Below, in pieces: positions 7,419 through 17,837 of a stretch of 64,000 bases of DNA. The DNA is taken from assembly GCA_031370005.1 (NCBI GenBank), contig JANMPT010000117.1:24242-88241 (forward strand), written 5' to 3'. The stretch comes from Bdellovibrionales bacterium. Lineage in GTDB: Bacteria; Bdellovibrionota; Bdellovibrionia; Bdellovibrionales; Bdellovibrionaceae. A program made the position numbers and the translations under genes. Within the stretch, counting starts at the first letter, position 1, and the number at the start of each line of letters is the position of its first letter. The notes under the pieces were generated by a model. It did no database searches. It saw only the letters and a program-made list of their open reading frames with translations, and was not told the origin of the DNA.

Positions 7419-9752
7419 TTAGAACCCGAAGGCTCCGGGCTCTGTACCCTTTTTGAAAATTAACTCAACGCTCATTGGTTGTTTCAGATCTGCGGGCTGA
7501 ACGGCATTCATTTCACGTAGTTTGTTTTCGCCGAAGGTGACTTTTACAGTGTCCGCTGGCCAAGGGAAGTCTTCGATAGGATCCTCTGCGGTGGCGCGCT
7601 TCATGAAGGCCGTCCAAATTGGGGCGGCACCACTGGCGCCTGTGAGTTTGTTGGCGGTGCTTGTGTCATATCCAACCCATACGATAGTTGTACGATAAGG
7701 TGTAAAACCTGAGAACCACACATCGCGACTATCGGAAGTAGTCCCCGTTTTTCCAGCAGCAGGGCGAGTAAAACCGCTTGCGCTGACGTATTTGCCTGTG
7801 CCGAAAAGAAGGGTCTGCTTCATCATGCCGACGAGGCTAGCCACTGCTATGGGGTCCTGCACTTGCTCAGCATGTGGAGTGAAAAGAAAGATCTGTTCAC
7901 CCTTTGCATTTTCAACTTTGTGAACAAAGCTGAGATCCGTTTTTTGACCCATTTTCGAGAGGCTTAAGTAAGCCTGCAAAACCTCTTTGGGGTAAAGCTC
8001 AAAGGCTCCCAGGACCATGGAAGGCACGGGTTTTAAGGGCGAGGTCACGCCCAAAGACCGAGTGATATTGATAATTTTTTCGAGTCCGACCTCGAGTCCA
8101 AGGGCTGCCGTTGGAATATTCAAAGAGTTTTCCAAGGCAAAGAACATGGGCACGACACCAAAGGACTCGTTGCCGTAATTACTTGGAGACCAGGTTTGTC
8201 CCTCATATCTAATTGTAAATTTCTCGTCTTTCAGAGGTGAGATAGGAGTGAAGTCTTTGCCATTTTTATCTTTGGACTCCAGTGCTGCCAAGTAGACAAA
8301 AGGCTTCATTGTTGAGCCCACTTGGCGGTGGCCATCGATGGCGCGATTGAACTGAGTCTGGCGATAGTTACGGCCGCCCACAGCGACTTGAATAAGCCCA
8401 GTGGCCGCGTCTGCAGAAAGAATGACTCCTTCAAGAGTTTGGCCTTTTTCTTTTTGCGATTTGATGATTTTATTTTCTTTTTCGAGTTTCTCTAGATGGT
8501 TTTTTAAGGCCTCTTGGGCAAATTGCTGGGATTCAAGATCCATTGCAGTATAGATTTTTGCGCCAACAATTTCAATATTCTGCGCCTGTAATTGTTTGCG
8601 AACTGCATCTAGATAATAAGGCGCTGTTTCTGTTGCAAGACGTGGCTGAGCTGCAGGTAAGGGCTCTTTTTTTGCGGACTCAGCATCGGCGGCAGTGATA
8701 AAGTTGTGCTCAATCATTTTGTCTAAGACTAAGTTGCGGCGGCCAAAAGCTTTTACCGGCTGCCTAAATGGGCTGTAGACGCCGGGACCGTTTACAATAG
8801 CAGCAAGTAAAGAGCATTCGCTTAAATTGAGTGCGGAGATTTGTTTGTTGAAGTAATACTTTGCGGCGGCCCCAAAGCCACGAACCTGGAAGGGGCCATT
8901 TTGCCCCATGTAGATGATGTTGAGATAGGTTTCTAGAATCTGGTCTTTACTGAATTTAGACTCCAGCATATAGGCCATGATAAATTCTTGAAACTTGCGC
9001 TTGAGGGTCTTCTCGCTAGTTAGAAAATAGTTTTTAACTAGCTGCTGGGTAATTGTGCTGCCACCTTGGGCGGCGCGACCGGAGGTGAGATTCTTAATTA
9101 GAGCCCTGAGAATGCTTCGATAGTTGACCCCTTGGTGCTCTAAAAATCTTGGATCTTCGATGGCCATTACAGCATTGGAACAAAAAGGAGGAACCATCCC
9201 TAGGGATTCTTCCTCTTGCATAATAGGCTCTATTCCGACGTATTGGGCCACCAAAGGGGCTTCCAGGTGAACTTCATTAACAACCTCAAGGGGAAATGCC
9301 TTATAAATTTGCTGAATTTGGTTTTCTGTGTTGAAGAGCATGATCCGGATGTCATTTTGCGCTTGGCCGGGGTCTACGTCCTTTTTCACAAAAGCAATGC
9401 AGATAGTAAAAATCACGTCATCTGGGATTCGAAACAGGGCATGGCACTCAGAGCTGTTAGTTTTTAAGTAATCACCTGGGAGAAGCCGTTGCTGAAAATC
9501 TCTAGAGCGATAATTTTGGCTCTGGAGCACTGCCACGGACTTATCCACATTTTGGAGTGAGGGAGTATGGAAACGATATGGGGCGGCATAGTATTCTGTC
9601 GGCAGGAGTATTCGCTTTGCCTCAAGCTTTTGATCCATTTCTTCTGACAAGCTGAAAAAGGCGTAGGAGATAGCAGCTCCCAGAGTGATGATTGCGAGCG
9701 TCACAACGATTGTAAATAAATGGAAAATGTTCTTTAATCCTGATCGAGGCAT
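7419..9752 (-). CDS. mrcB: Class A penicillin-binding protein (PBP1B-like)
   Basis: Transglycosylase motifs EDPRFLEHQG, GGSTITQQLVKN, RKFQE. Transpeptidase motifs SxxK (STMK), SxN (SLN), KTG. Confidence 0.9.
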   Translation of the reverse strand: MPRSGLKNIFHLFTIVVTLAIITLGAAISYAFFSLSEEMDQKLEAKRILLPTEYYAAPYRFHTPSLQNVDKSVAVLQSQNYRSRDFQQRLLPGDYLKTNSSECHALFRIPDDVIFTICIAFVKKDVDPGQAQNDIRIMLFNTENQIQQIYKAFPLEVVNEVHLEAPLVAQYVGIEPIMQEEESLGMVPPFCSNAVMAIEDPRFLEHQGVNYRSILRALIKNLTSGRAAQGGSTITQQLVKNYFLTSEKTLKRKFQEFIMAYMLESKFSKDQILETYLNIIYMGQNGPFQVRGFGAAAKYYFNKQISALNLSECSLLAAIVNGPGVYSPFRQPVKAFGRRNLVLDKMIEHNFITAADAESAKKEPLPAAQPRLATETAPYYLDAVRKQLQAQNIEIVGAKIYTAMDLESQQFAQEALKNHLEKLEKENKIIKSQKEKGQTLEGVILSADAATGLIQVAVGGRNYRQTQFNRAIDGHRQVGSTMKPFVYLAALESKDKNGKDFTPISPLKDEKFTIRYEGQTWSPSNYGNESFGVVPMFFALENSLNIPTAALGLEVGLEKIINITRSLGVTSPLKPVPSMVLGAFELYPKEVLQAYLSLSKMGQKTDLSFVHKVENAKGEQIFLFTPHAEQVQDPIAVASLVGMMKQTLLFGTGKYVSASGFTRPAAGKTGTTSDSRDVWFSGFTPYRTTIVWVGYDTSTANKLTGASGAAPIWTAFMKRATAEDPIEDFPWPADTVKVTFGENKLREMNAVQPADLKQPMSVELIFKKGTEPGAFGF

Positions 9753-9760
9753 GCACCATT

Positions 9761-10039
9761 ATGAAATTATCCTCCCAACAAATTCAAGTCTTAGCTGAAA
9801 AAATTCTGAATCAGTGGAAGAAGCAAAATGTTATCGTCTTCAAAGAAGATGAAAAGCTTGTGCTTAATCGAGTGATTGAGCTTATTAAAGGTGATTACGA
9901 TCGCGAAATGGCTCTCGATAGGGATGTCAATGCGATGTTGGATCAATTGGAGAAGAGTAATCCTGGCGAGTTTCAGCGTTTTAAGATGTTTCCAATTTTA
10001 AAACAAAAGCTCGCGAAAGAAAGAAAAGTGATTCTATGA
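9761..10039 (+). CDS. DUF507 family protein
   Basis: MKLS...KQKLAKERKVIL pattern, first of a tandem pair. Confidence 0.7.
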   Translation: MKLSSQQIQVLAEKILNQWKKQNVIVFKEDEKLVLNRVIELIKGDYDREMALDRDVNAMLDQLEKSNPGEFQRFKMFPILKQKLAKERKVIL

Positions 10040-10311
10040 TTATTTCAGGTGATCGTCAAAATCATCTGGCGCATATCGTGACTGATGGTGTTTGGGCTGA
10101 TGATATTGCGGACTTCACGGATGATGATCAAGCCCTGCGCGCAGCGAAAATCGCTATTGCTGAGTTTGTGAAAGAAGATGAGGATCTCAATCAGAGAGCG
10201 CGTGATAAAGTGGCATCCTTAAAGCGCAACGTGATGGAAGGAACCCCTGAGTGGGATGTCATGTACAAAAAATATTACGAAGAGGAAAGAGCTAAACGTG
10301 GCAAAAAGTAA
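10036..10311 (+). CDS. DUF507 family protein
   Basis: DRQNHLAH...EGTPEWDVMYKKYYEEE pattern. ATGA overlap with the previous gene. Confidence 0.75.
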   Translation: MIISGDRQNHLAHIVTDGVWADDIADFTDDDQALRAAKIAIAEFVKEDEDLNQRARDKVASLKRNVMEGTPEWDVMYKKYYEEERAKRGKK

Positions 10312-10723
10312 GAAAAAAACCGGCAAGAAAAAAGTTAAAACAATAAAAAAGCTTAAAAAAGCACCCGTAAAAGCTACTGTGACTAAGACTAAGCTTGTGG
10401 CTAAGGCAGTGAAAAAGATTGATCTCAAAAATTTTGTTACTCCTTTAGATGACCGCGTAATGGTTCAGTTAATTGCTGCAGAAAAAATGACGGCAGGCGG
10501 TCTTTATATCCCAGACACAGCGGTAAATTCTTCTGGGAACCTAGAGGGTTCCGTGGTGGCAGTGGGGCGCGGCCGTCGAAATAAAAAAGGCGATGTTCGG
10601 CCGATGGACTTGAAGGTCGGCGACAAAATTCTTTTTTCAGAGTACTCTGGCTCAAAAATTAAGATTCAAGATCATGACCTTGTCATCCTTCGTGAGGGTG
10701 ATGTGCTTGGTGTGATTGCATAA
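10298..10723 (+). CDS. groES: Co-chaperonin GroES with a Lys-rich N-terminal extension
   Basis: PLDDRV, TAGGLYIPDTA, VVAVGRG, LKVGDKILF, LREGDVLGVI. Likely GTG start at 10298. Confidence 0.9.
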   Translation: MAKSKKKTGKKKVKTIKKLKKAPVKATVTKTKLVAKAVKKIDLKNFVTPLDDRVMVQLIAAEKMTAGGLYIPDTAVNSSGNLEGSVVAVGRGRRNKKGDVRPMDLKVGDKILFSEYSGSKIKIQDHDLVILREGDVLGVIA

Positions 10724-10738
10724 AACGATAAGGGAATA

Positions 10739-12172
10739 ATGACGTTGAAAAATAAAATACTACTTTCTTTAGCAGCACTTTTAATTTCAGTTGTAACCTC
10801 CAATGCAAACGCAATCAGCGTTGATTGGAAAGGGACTTACCGATTTGAATGGACTCAAGTGGATCGTCCGTCTTTGGGGACTCCCTATGGAATGAAATCT
10901 TACGGGTTGAACTATTTGTCTTTGAGCCCAAAGATTATTGCCACAGATGGAGTAACTGTCGTTTCAAGGTTTGATGTCTTAGCAAATCAAGACACTGCCT
11001 ATCAAAATGCGCAGTTCGGCCAACTTTGGGGTCAAGCGTGGCCTAGTCCTGGCGCTCCGACCTCTCAAAGCAGTGTGATGGCACAAAATCAACGTTCGAC
11101 CCAACTTTTGGTTTCTCAGCTCTATTTGAATTTGAATCAGGAATATGGCGCACTTGTATTAGGTCGCGCTCCTCTTGAGTTTGGTTTGGGGATGACTCAT
11201 AACGCGGGTAACGGCGCTTTTGATCACTGGGCAGACACCGAGGACATGGTCGGATATAAATTCATTGTTGATAATTTTTTCTTCATGCCGATAATTGGCC
11301 GTGTTTATGATCAAGATGCATCTCAGGGCAATACGGTTCAAGATATGATCCTACATTTGCAATACGAGAGCAAAGAAACCGGTTCTTTGATTGGTGTTAT
11401 GCAACAGTCGCGGAAAGCCAGCTTTGGTGCGAATGATGTACCCTTTGGAGTCACAAAAACAGGGGAGTACAGTGTTCAAACAGTGAGTTTCATTTTAGGT
11501 CGTGAATGGGAAAAGTTCGGCTTCAAGCTTGAGGCGGGATTCAATAGCGGGAACGTCGGCGCGCGGACTGCTCTTGGCGAAGATATCAAAGCCAATGGTT
11601 ATGGAATCGCGGCAGAATTATATTTCCCACGTAAGGAATCAAAAATTGATTGGAATCTGCGTTTTGGTATGGCGACAGGTGATGATCCGAACTCTGGTGA
11701 TACATATGAGGGCTTTCAGTTTGATCGCAATTATGACATTGCAATGCTGATGTTCAATCACCGCTTAGGGCAAAGAGACTTTCTTGGCACAAGGTACATC
11801 AGGGACACCGTAAGCCATGATGTATCTAACTCTTTAGATGATGAGGCAATCAGCAACGCCATTTATATCTCGCCTCGGGCTTCCTATGCTTGGAATGACC
11901 GTTTGGATTTGAATAACACATTGACCTACGCGCAGTTGATGACCAATCCCATTGCAGGTAACACGGGTTTTAGTAAAGACCTTGCTTTGGAGTGGGATAT
12001 CGAATTGGTTTATAAGCCAACCGATAGAATTCAATGGGTAAATCAATTGGGTTTACTATTCCCCGGAGCGGCCTTTAAAAATGGTACGGGTGCTGGCCCA
12101 GGCGATGCAACTGGAAACTTAGAAAACGCAAGCACCTATGGCTTTGCAACTAAAGCCGCCATCAGCTTTTAA
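10739..12172 (+). CDS. Outer-membrane beta-barrel protein
   Basis: Signal peptide (ANA cleavage site), alternating beta-strand pattern, C-terminal Phe (AAISF). Confidence 0.75.
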   Translation: MTLKNKILLSLAALLISVVTSNANAISVDWKGTYRFEWTQVDRPSLGTPYGMKSYGLNYLSLSPKIIATDGVTVVSRFDVLANQDTAYQNAQFGQLWGQAWPSPGAPTSQSSVMAQNQRSTQLLVSQLYLNLNQEYGALVLGRAPLEFGLGMTHNAGNGAFDHWADTEDMVGYKFIVDNFFFMPIIGRVYDQDASQGNTVQDMILHLQYESKETGSLIGVMQQSRKASFGANDVPFGVTKTGEYSVQTVSFILGREWEKFGFKLEAGFNSGNVGARTALGEDIKANGYGIAAELYFPRKESKIDWNLRFGMATGDDPNSGDTYEGFQFDRNYDIAMLMFNHRLGQRDFLGTRYIRDTVSHDVSNSLDDEAISNAIYISPRASYAWNDRLDLNNTLTYAQLMTNPIAGNTGFSKDLALEWDIELVYKPTDRIQWVNQLGLLFPGAAFKNGTGAGPGDATGNLENASTYGFATKAAISF

Positions 12173-12238
12173 TCACCGATGCTGCAACTTGTACGACATC
12201 TATGATCGCAACTTGGCTTAATTGCTGTTGGCGAGGAG

Positions 12239-12267
12239 CCCGGGGGTGAAAGCCTCCGGGTTTTTTT
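12239..12267 (+). terminator. Intrinsic terminator
   Basis: CCCGGGGG-TGAAAG-CCTCCGGG hairpin followed by a T7 run. Confidence 0.8.
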
Positions 12268-12343
12268 CAATAAAAAAGAGAGCGGCGAGTTCATCTTGAA
12301 CCCGCCGAGGATGACGTAAACATGTGCATGTGTATGAGTCGTA

Positions 12344-13753
12344 TTAGCGTCCCGGGCGAAGAATACTCGGGTTTGGCGCAGATACTGTCGGCGCTTGTGT
12401 TGCGTGGAACACTTGGATCGTTGCTGTTCCTGGATTTTCAATTGCATTCAAAGTGGCAATCCGTGGAGTACTTTGGTTTGCCGTATTCGCGGCCGTCAAG
12501 CCATTGCTCATGACTGTGATTCCACGGCCTGCAGTACGCTGTTGAATCAAAGGACTGTTGCGCGGAGTAAGTGTGAATGTCTGACCATTCCCATCAACAA
12601 TCACGCTGCCATCTGAGAGGGCCACTGACGGAATGACATATGTTAGTGGGCTTGTAGCCATACCTTGGATTGCCGCATTGACCACGTTTGCATAATTATC
12701 TTGATACAAGTTGTCGAATTGGTCTTGATTGATCAAATTGCTCCACTGCGCGCTTGAAAGACCATCATAGAGACTGCCGCCAATTTGATTCGCAACTTGC
12801 GTAGCGGCCTCTCTTCGTGCATAACCTTCGCCTTGCAATCTTAAGGCTTGGCCCGGATTGGATTGTTTAATTTGATCTGCTTGTTTTAATTTTCTTTGCG
12901 CATCTTCTTGATTGGCTAGAACGGCCTTTGCTGCAATAGCTGTCAATTGTTGACGTAGGTAATTGTATTTCTTGTCAATGCTTGAAATCATATCTTCTAC
13001 TAGGTTTTGAGTTTTTTCACGGCGATTGTCTTTTTCGGTATCAATGTCAGCAAATGGGTCGTTGCGCATTCTTCTAGCGGGTAACAGATCGCTGATATCT
13101 TTGAGTCCTGAGATAAGGCCAGGTTGGATTTCTTCTTTAAAAAGAGCCATAATCTCTTCTTTTTTGTACTCTTTCTTTTTCTTTCTATTTGCTGAGCTGC
13201 TTTTAAGTAAGCGAGTCAGGCCATTTGAAAAACACTCGGTTCGTGAGTCATTTTCTTTATTTTCACATTTCAGTTTAAGCGCAGCAATATCTTTGTCCTC
13301 AGATTGATCATCAGCCTCGGTTGTTATTTTTTGTTTTTTACGCGAAGCGAGTTTTTGATCTAAGTCTTCTCCATCGGAAGAAACTTCTGATTTTTTGCTC
13401 ATAGCTTTGCGAAGAGCCGCCTCTAAAGAGGTCGCACTGCTGTCGAAGTTTTTTGGTAATAAGTATTTCTTGCCGCAAGTATAGCAGGCACCACCTTCTA
13501 ACATTTCAGGCACGATAGCGGCAGTTTGCTCGCTGTTTTCTTGAATGTACTTTACTTTAAGTTCTTCACCCTTATCAGAAATAAAGGGTTCAAGTTTCAT
13601 ATTTGGATCTTGGCTTTTTTCTGCTGCCTTTGAGGCAAGGTTTGTTGATCCATAATTTGTACCCGTCAATCCCATTACAAGATTGAAGCTAAGTACTGAT
13701 GCTAAACTGGCCGTAAGCACCCATTTCCTTTGTATATCTGTTAGTTTTTTCAT
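12344..13753 (-). CDS. Hypothetical exported protein
   Basis: Long ORF with AGGAGG RBS, N-terminal signal/anchor, CYTC motif, charged helical middle region. Confidence 0.8.
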   Translation of the reverse strand: MKKLTDIQRKWVLTASLASVLSFNLVMGLTGTNYGSTNLASKAAEKSQDPNMKLEPFISDKGEELKVKYIQENSEQTAAIVPEMLEGGACYTCGKKYLLPKNFDSSATSLEAALRKAMSKKSEVSSDGEDLDQKLASRKKQKITTEADDQSEDKDIAALKLKCENKENDSRTECFSNGLTRLLKSSSANRKKKKEYKKEEIMALFKEEIQPGLISGLKDISDLLPARRMRNDPFADIDTEKDNRREKTQNLVEDMISSIDKKYNYLRQQLTAIAAKAVLANQEDAQRKLKQADQIKQSNPGQALRLQGEGYARREAATQVANQIGGSLYDGLSSAQWSNLINQDQFDNLYQDNYANVVNAAIQGMATSPLTYVIPSVALSDGSVIVDGNGQTFTLTPRNSPLIQQRTAGRGITVMSNGLTAANTANQSTPRIATLNAIENPGTATIQVFHATQAPTVSAPNPSILRPGR

Positions 13754-13806
13754 GTCATCCTCCTAGATTTGAGCCTGCCTGGCTCTTGTTTCTATAAGTT
13801 TAGTAA

Positions 13807-13860
13807 AGCGAGACCCAAGCCAATGTGCCAAAAACCCACATCCTGGTTAAGTATTTGATT
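13807..13860 (-). promoter_or_regulatory. Sigma-54 promoter plus IHF site
   Basis: TTGGCTTGGGTCTCGCT (GG-N10-GC) at 13807-13823. AATCAAATACTTA at 13848-13860 is an exact WATCAANNNNTTR match. Confidence 0.6.
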
Positions 13861-14011
13861 TTGTTGGGATCACTTGATCGTTTTGAATTGAAACAAGCAA
13901 TGACAGTTGTCAAACTTCTAGTGTATCACTCTGAGAACCAGAAAAACTCCATGTAGTTTGGAGGTCTTAGGAATGTTATAAGACCCTATGTAAGAAGGAC
14001 TGAATGCGCCC

Positions 14012-15208
14012 ATGAAATTGCAGTTTAAGCGAGCCCACAGATCAGATTTTATTTCGGCCTCCGATTGGAATCGCTGGACATGGCAACTTCAGAAGAGCCT
14101 TAAGTCGCGATTAGACTTTGAAAATTTCTTTGAATTAAGCGCTGAAGAGCGCCAGGCCTTCCAGCAGGGGCCCGAAGTTTTTAATATTCGCAGCACTCCT
14201 TATTATGCCAGTCTTGCCGGGACTCATCCCGCAGATCCGATACGGAAAATCTTGATGCCGAATGCTTTGGAGCTCGCGACTCCGACACAGGCGATGCTCG
14301 ATCCTTTAGGCGAGGGCAAGAATAACCCTGCGCCTAGAATCATTCATCGCTATCCTGATCGCGTGCTTTTTTTGATCACCGATATTTGCAGTGTTTATTG
14401 TCGCTATTGCACTCGTAAGCATTTCACCGGGCAAGAGCAGGCTTTCATTAAGCCAGATGAATACACAGAGGCGCTCAGTTATATTAAGTCACACCCAGGC
14501 ATTCGCGAGGTGATTCTTTCTGGTGGCGATCCGCTTACGGTGGGTGACGCTCAGTTGGATCGCACACTTTTTGATCTTCGTCAGATTGAGCATGTGGAAA
14601 TCATTCGTGTAGGCAGTCGCATGCCGGTGGTTTGTCCAATGCGAGTCAGCGAAGATCTGGTGAAAATTTTGCGTAAACATAAGCCGGTCTTTTTGATGTC
14701 CCACTTTAATCATCCGCGGGAAATCACAGAAGAGGCTGCAATCGCCTTGGAGCTTTTTGTTGATAGGGGTATTCCGGTGATGAATCAGATGGTGTTGCTC
14801 AATGGAGTGAACAATCATCCGGCGATTGTGCAAGCCCTATCGCGACGCTTATTGTATTTGCGAGTGAAGCCTTACTATATGTTTCAATGCGATCCCTCTC
14901 GTGGGACCGATCATCTGCGAACAAGCATAGAGGACTCTCTTGAGATTCAAAAAGAATTATGGGGGAACTTGTCGGGTCTAGCGATGCCGACACTTTCCTT
15001 GGATATCCCGGAAGGCGGCGGCAAGACTTACTATGTACCAAATTATGAAATACAGGTCTCCGCAGAAAAACGTAGCTATCGTGGCTGGGATGGCGTGGAG
15101 GCTGAATATATGAATCCACCAAGCAAACGTATTGAAAAGCCCTTAGATGCTGAAGTTTATTTGGAAGAGTGGGAGTCTTTGAAGAGCGCTAAGAGCGGCT
15201 CCAGGTGA
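14012..15208 (+). CDS. KamA-family radical SAM enzyme (lysine 2,3-aminomutase-like)
   Basis: HRYPDRVL, CSVYCRYC, LSGGDPL, HFNHPRE, PYYMFQCD, PLP-lysine motif PEGGGK. Confidence 0.9.
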   Translation: MKLQFKRAHRSDFISASDWNRWTWQLQKSLKSRLDFENFFELSAEERQAFQQGPEVFNIRSTPYYASLAGTHPADPIRKILMPNALELATPTQAMLDPLGEGKNNPAPRIIHRYPDRVLFLITDICSVYCRYCTRKHFTGQEQAFIKPDEYTEALSYIKSHPGIREVILSGGDPLTVGDAQLDRTLFDLRQIEHVEIIRVGSRMPVVCPMRVSEDLVKILRKHKPVFLMSHFNHPREITEEAAIALELFVDRGIPVMNQMVLLNGVNNHPAIVQALSRRLLYLRVKPYYMFQCDPSRGTDHLRTSIEDSLEIQKELWGNLSGLAMPTLSLDIPEGGGKTYYVPNYEIQVSAEKRSYRGWDGVEAEYMNPPSKRIEKPLDAEVYLEEWESLKSAKSGSR

Positions 15209-15590
15209 TTTATTTAAACACCATATTTGATCCTGTTCAAAAGTAGATACTGTAGATACTCGTTCTTATCCAACCGTTCCGACCACTACTTTGATTATTT
15301 GATGAGTTTTTCTGGAGTCGAGCAAGGGGTTTTTGCGGGTGGCTAGGTCTTTTTGGAGATTCCTGTTCAATGGGATCCCTAAGTGGACCCGGTCTCCTAG
15401 GGCTGTGCTCAATCAGAATGCGAATCCCAAATGTCTGACGAAGACCTGATTTCTTTCGGTAATGGGTCCACCTAATTATTGGAGATCAGACCTTGAGGGC
15501 TTTATAGAGGGGCATGGCCTTTAGCAGGCCACGGGTCCTTCCAACACGACTCCTTGGGGGTCCCCACAAAGTCTGTTATCAGCGAACTCG

Positions 15591-17837
15591 CTACTTAGCT
15601 CCCCGTGTATTATTTTGCAATGGTAGCGATCCTCTGTTCGATTTTAATCCATATAAGTAGGATTTTCTGTAAAAATCATAAACTGCACACGCCTTGTCTG
15701 GGTAACTCTTTTTAGAAAGCATATTATAGTCCATCTTTATTCCTGACCTGTCATAAATGCTTGAGTATATCTTTCCTGAACAGTATTTACTAACATCAAT
15801 GTCACCAATTTTTGGAGAATCTGGCACAGCAAGTGATTGCATACAAAGAAGAGCAAGTGACTCGTTTGCATCGGGATCATCCTTGGCATCCTTGCTTAGC
15901 TTTTCCATTCTTCCTTCAAGGTTTTCTGAAAAAATAGAACCAAGCGCCGTCAGATTTGCTTTTGACAACTCCTTAGAGGATCTTGATTGCGTCTTGGCGG
16001 CCTCAAGCCCGATGTAGTATTTTATTAACTCACCAAGACTGTCATTTGATGATAATTGCATTAGAGCCGCTAAATTATCGTCAATTTGTCCTAGACTTAT
16101 TTTTTGATCAATATCTTGGTTTATGATTTCACTTAAAGATTTGGGTATTGCAAATGTATCACCTTGAGGAATAAGCTCCTTTGATAGATCAGTTATTTTC
16201 TTAGCTGGATCTGCTGGTTGTTTAGGGCCATTGGGCACTTTTGGATCGACGGGCTCTTCGATTTTTTCAATTATAGCTAAAGAGCTTAATATTTGAGTTT
16301 TTGTTTTTTCAATAAGATCTTTTTGATTTTTCCTTTTTGCAATGCTGTTTGGATCTTTTAAGAGGTTTTCAAGATAAGCAACAGATGAATTCAAAAACTC
16401 TCGCGCTGAACGACGATTGGTTGCACGTGTGTCTACCTTTGACAGAACCAAGTTTGGATTACTTTCATTCACCTGAGATAGTCCAATATTTACGTTTTGA
16501 GTTGCTTCAGCGACCAGTCCATCTACTATAGGACCAACTTCTGTATTTATATCAGGGGGATTGGGATATTGAGTGGTAACATATGTTGTACAGGGAACAG
16601 TACCAACATCTTTCCGTACTCGATCCGCTCCCTTTGAATATAAGTAGATGTAAGGTCCACAGCTAGTATCAGAAGTAAATGAACTTATAAATGGACCTCC
16701 TTGCGTACATGTTCCTGTTGTGTCGCAAGTATTTTTTGGTTGCATTTTTGCTGCCATATCGTTGAGTGCTTTTCGCGTTGCATCGCCTTTGTTTGGACTT
16801 TGGGCAACGGTTCTTTTTGCTGTATTTAAAATGCCGTCCAAATCAATCTTGGCAGAACGTAAGTCATTTTGAAGTGAAAGTGCAGTTTTTTTATCTGAAG
16901 CTCTTCCCGTGGTTCCAGCAGGGGCTCCAGAGTCAACTTGCGTTATCCAATCCATATAAGATTGCACATCCTGACCTATTATTCCTATTCCATCTAGCCA
17001 ACTAGGGTTGTTGCCGTTAGCTTCGGATTTGTTTTTATTAAAATTAATCACTGTTTCAACATCACGAGCCTGGCAGTATGTGTAGCCAAGTCCTTCAAAC
17101 GAACAGCCAATAGCTTCTCCAATCCGATTATTGTTAATTCCTTTAATTTTATTTCCCAAGCTTCTTTCTCGAAAGAATGAGACAAAATTATCAATCATAT
17201 TTCCGGTAGCCAACATAAGTGATCCAACCAATCCGGAGGCTAATGATGAACCCAAACCTAAAACCTGAGCGCCGATTTGAGCAGATAGATTTGGATTTTT
17301 CGTAAGGCATTGATCACTTTGCTTTAATCTCGAAAAAAGAACATTAGAATATTTTTGAAAATTATCGATCGCCTCGAGCCGCTGCCTAGTTTTTTCTTGA
17401 TTTGAGAGCTTTTTGGATTTTACAATGTTCACCTTGGTTGTAACTAACTCTGTTTTTAAAGTAGTAATATATGATGTATCTGGACTTGCAGATTTAGATT
17501 CTGCTTGTATTGCTAGCTCAAGATCATTAGCTTGCATTGACATATACTCGAGATCATTTTCAGCAACTCGCGCCTTTAATAACTGTGGGATATTTAATGA
17601 CTCTATATCCGAAAGAGCTCCTGTTATGCCTTTGCAGGCATTGTCATCACGAATATTTTCAATAATGTATTTCAATCCGGCACCATCATTTAGCGCAGTA
17701 TTATTTATCGGCCCTTTGCCTTTGCACCTACTCCCGAATGCAAAAAATAAATCATTTGTTGGGTCATAACCTTCTGCAAGTGAAAATTGCGAAAAGAGTG
17801 AAACGAGTGTCATGCACAGAATAACCCGCATTTTCAT
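15591..17837 (-). CDS. Hypothetical secreted protein
   Basis: Signal peptide, paired cysteines, one internal hydrophobic Gly-rich segment, AT-rich coding sequence. Confidence 0.8.
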   Translation of the reverse strand: MKMRVILCMTLVSLFSQFSLAEGYDPTNDLFFAFGSRCKGKGPINNTALNDGAGLKYIIENIRDDNACKGITGALSDIESLNIPQLLKARVAENDLEYMSMQANDLELAIQAESKSASPDTSYITTLKTELVTTKVNIVKSKKLSNQEKTRQRLEAIDNFQKYSNVLFSRLKQSDQCLTKNPNLSAQIGAQVLGLGSSLASGLVGSLMLATGNMIDNFVSFFRERSLGNKIKGINNNRIGEAIGCSFEGLGYTYCQARDVETVINFNKNKSEANGNNPSWLDGIGIIGQDVQSYMDWITQVDSGAPAGTTGRASDKKTALSLQNDLRSAKIDLDGILNTAKRTVAQSPNKGDATRKALNDMAAKMQPKNTCDTTGTCTQGGPFISSFTSDTSCGPYIYLYSKGADRVRKDVGTVPCTTYVTTQYPNPPDINTEVGPIVDGLVAEATQNVNIGLSQVNESNPNLVLSKVDTRATNRRSAREFLNSSVAYLENLLKDPNSIAKRKNQKDLIEKTKTQILSSLAIIEKIEEPVDPKVPNGPKQPADPAKKITDLSKELIPQGDTFAIPKSLSEIINQDIDQKISLGQIDDNLAALMQLSSNDSLGELIKYYIGLEAAKTQSRSSKELSKANLTALGSIFSENLEGRMEKLSKDAKDDPDANESLALLCMQSLAVPDSPKIGDIDVSKYCSGKIYSSIYDRSGIKMDYNMLSKKSYPDKACAVYDFYRKSYLYGLKSNRGSLPLQNNTRGAK

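Noticed and set aside
14012..15208. KamA-family radical SAM enzyme as a second RiPP maturase or as EpmB
   Set aside because: It has aminomutase motifs and no SPASM domain or precursor. No efp or epmA is adjacent, so no specific symbol was assigned.
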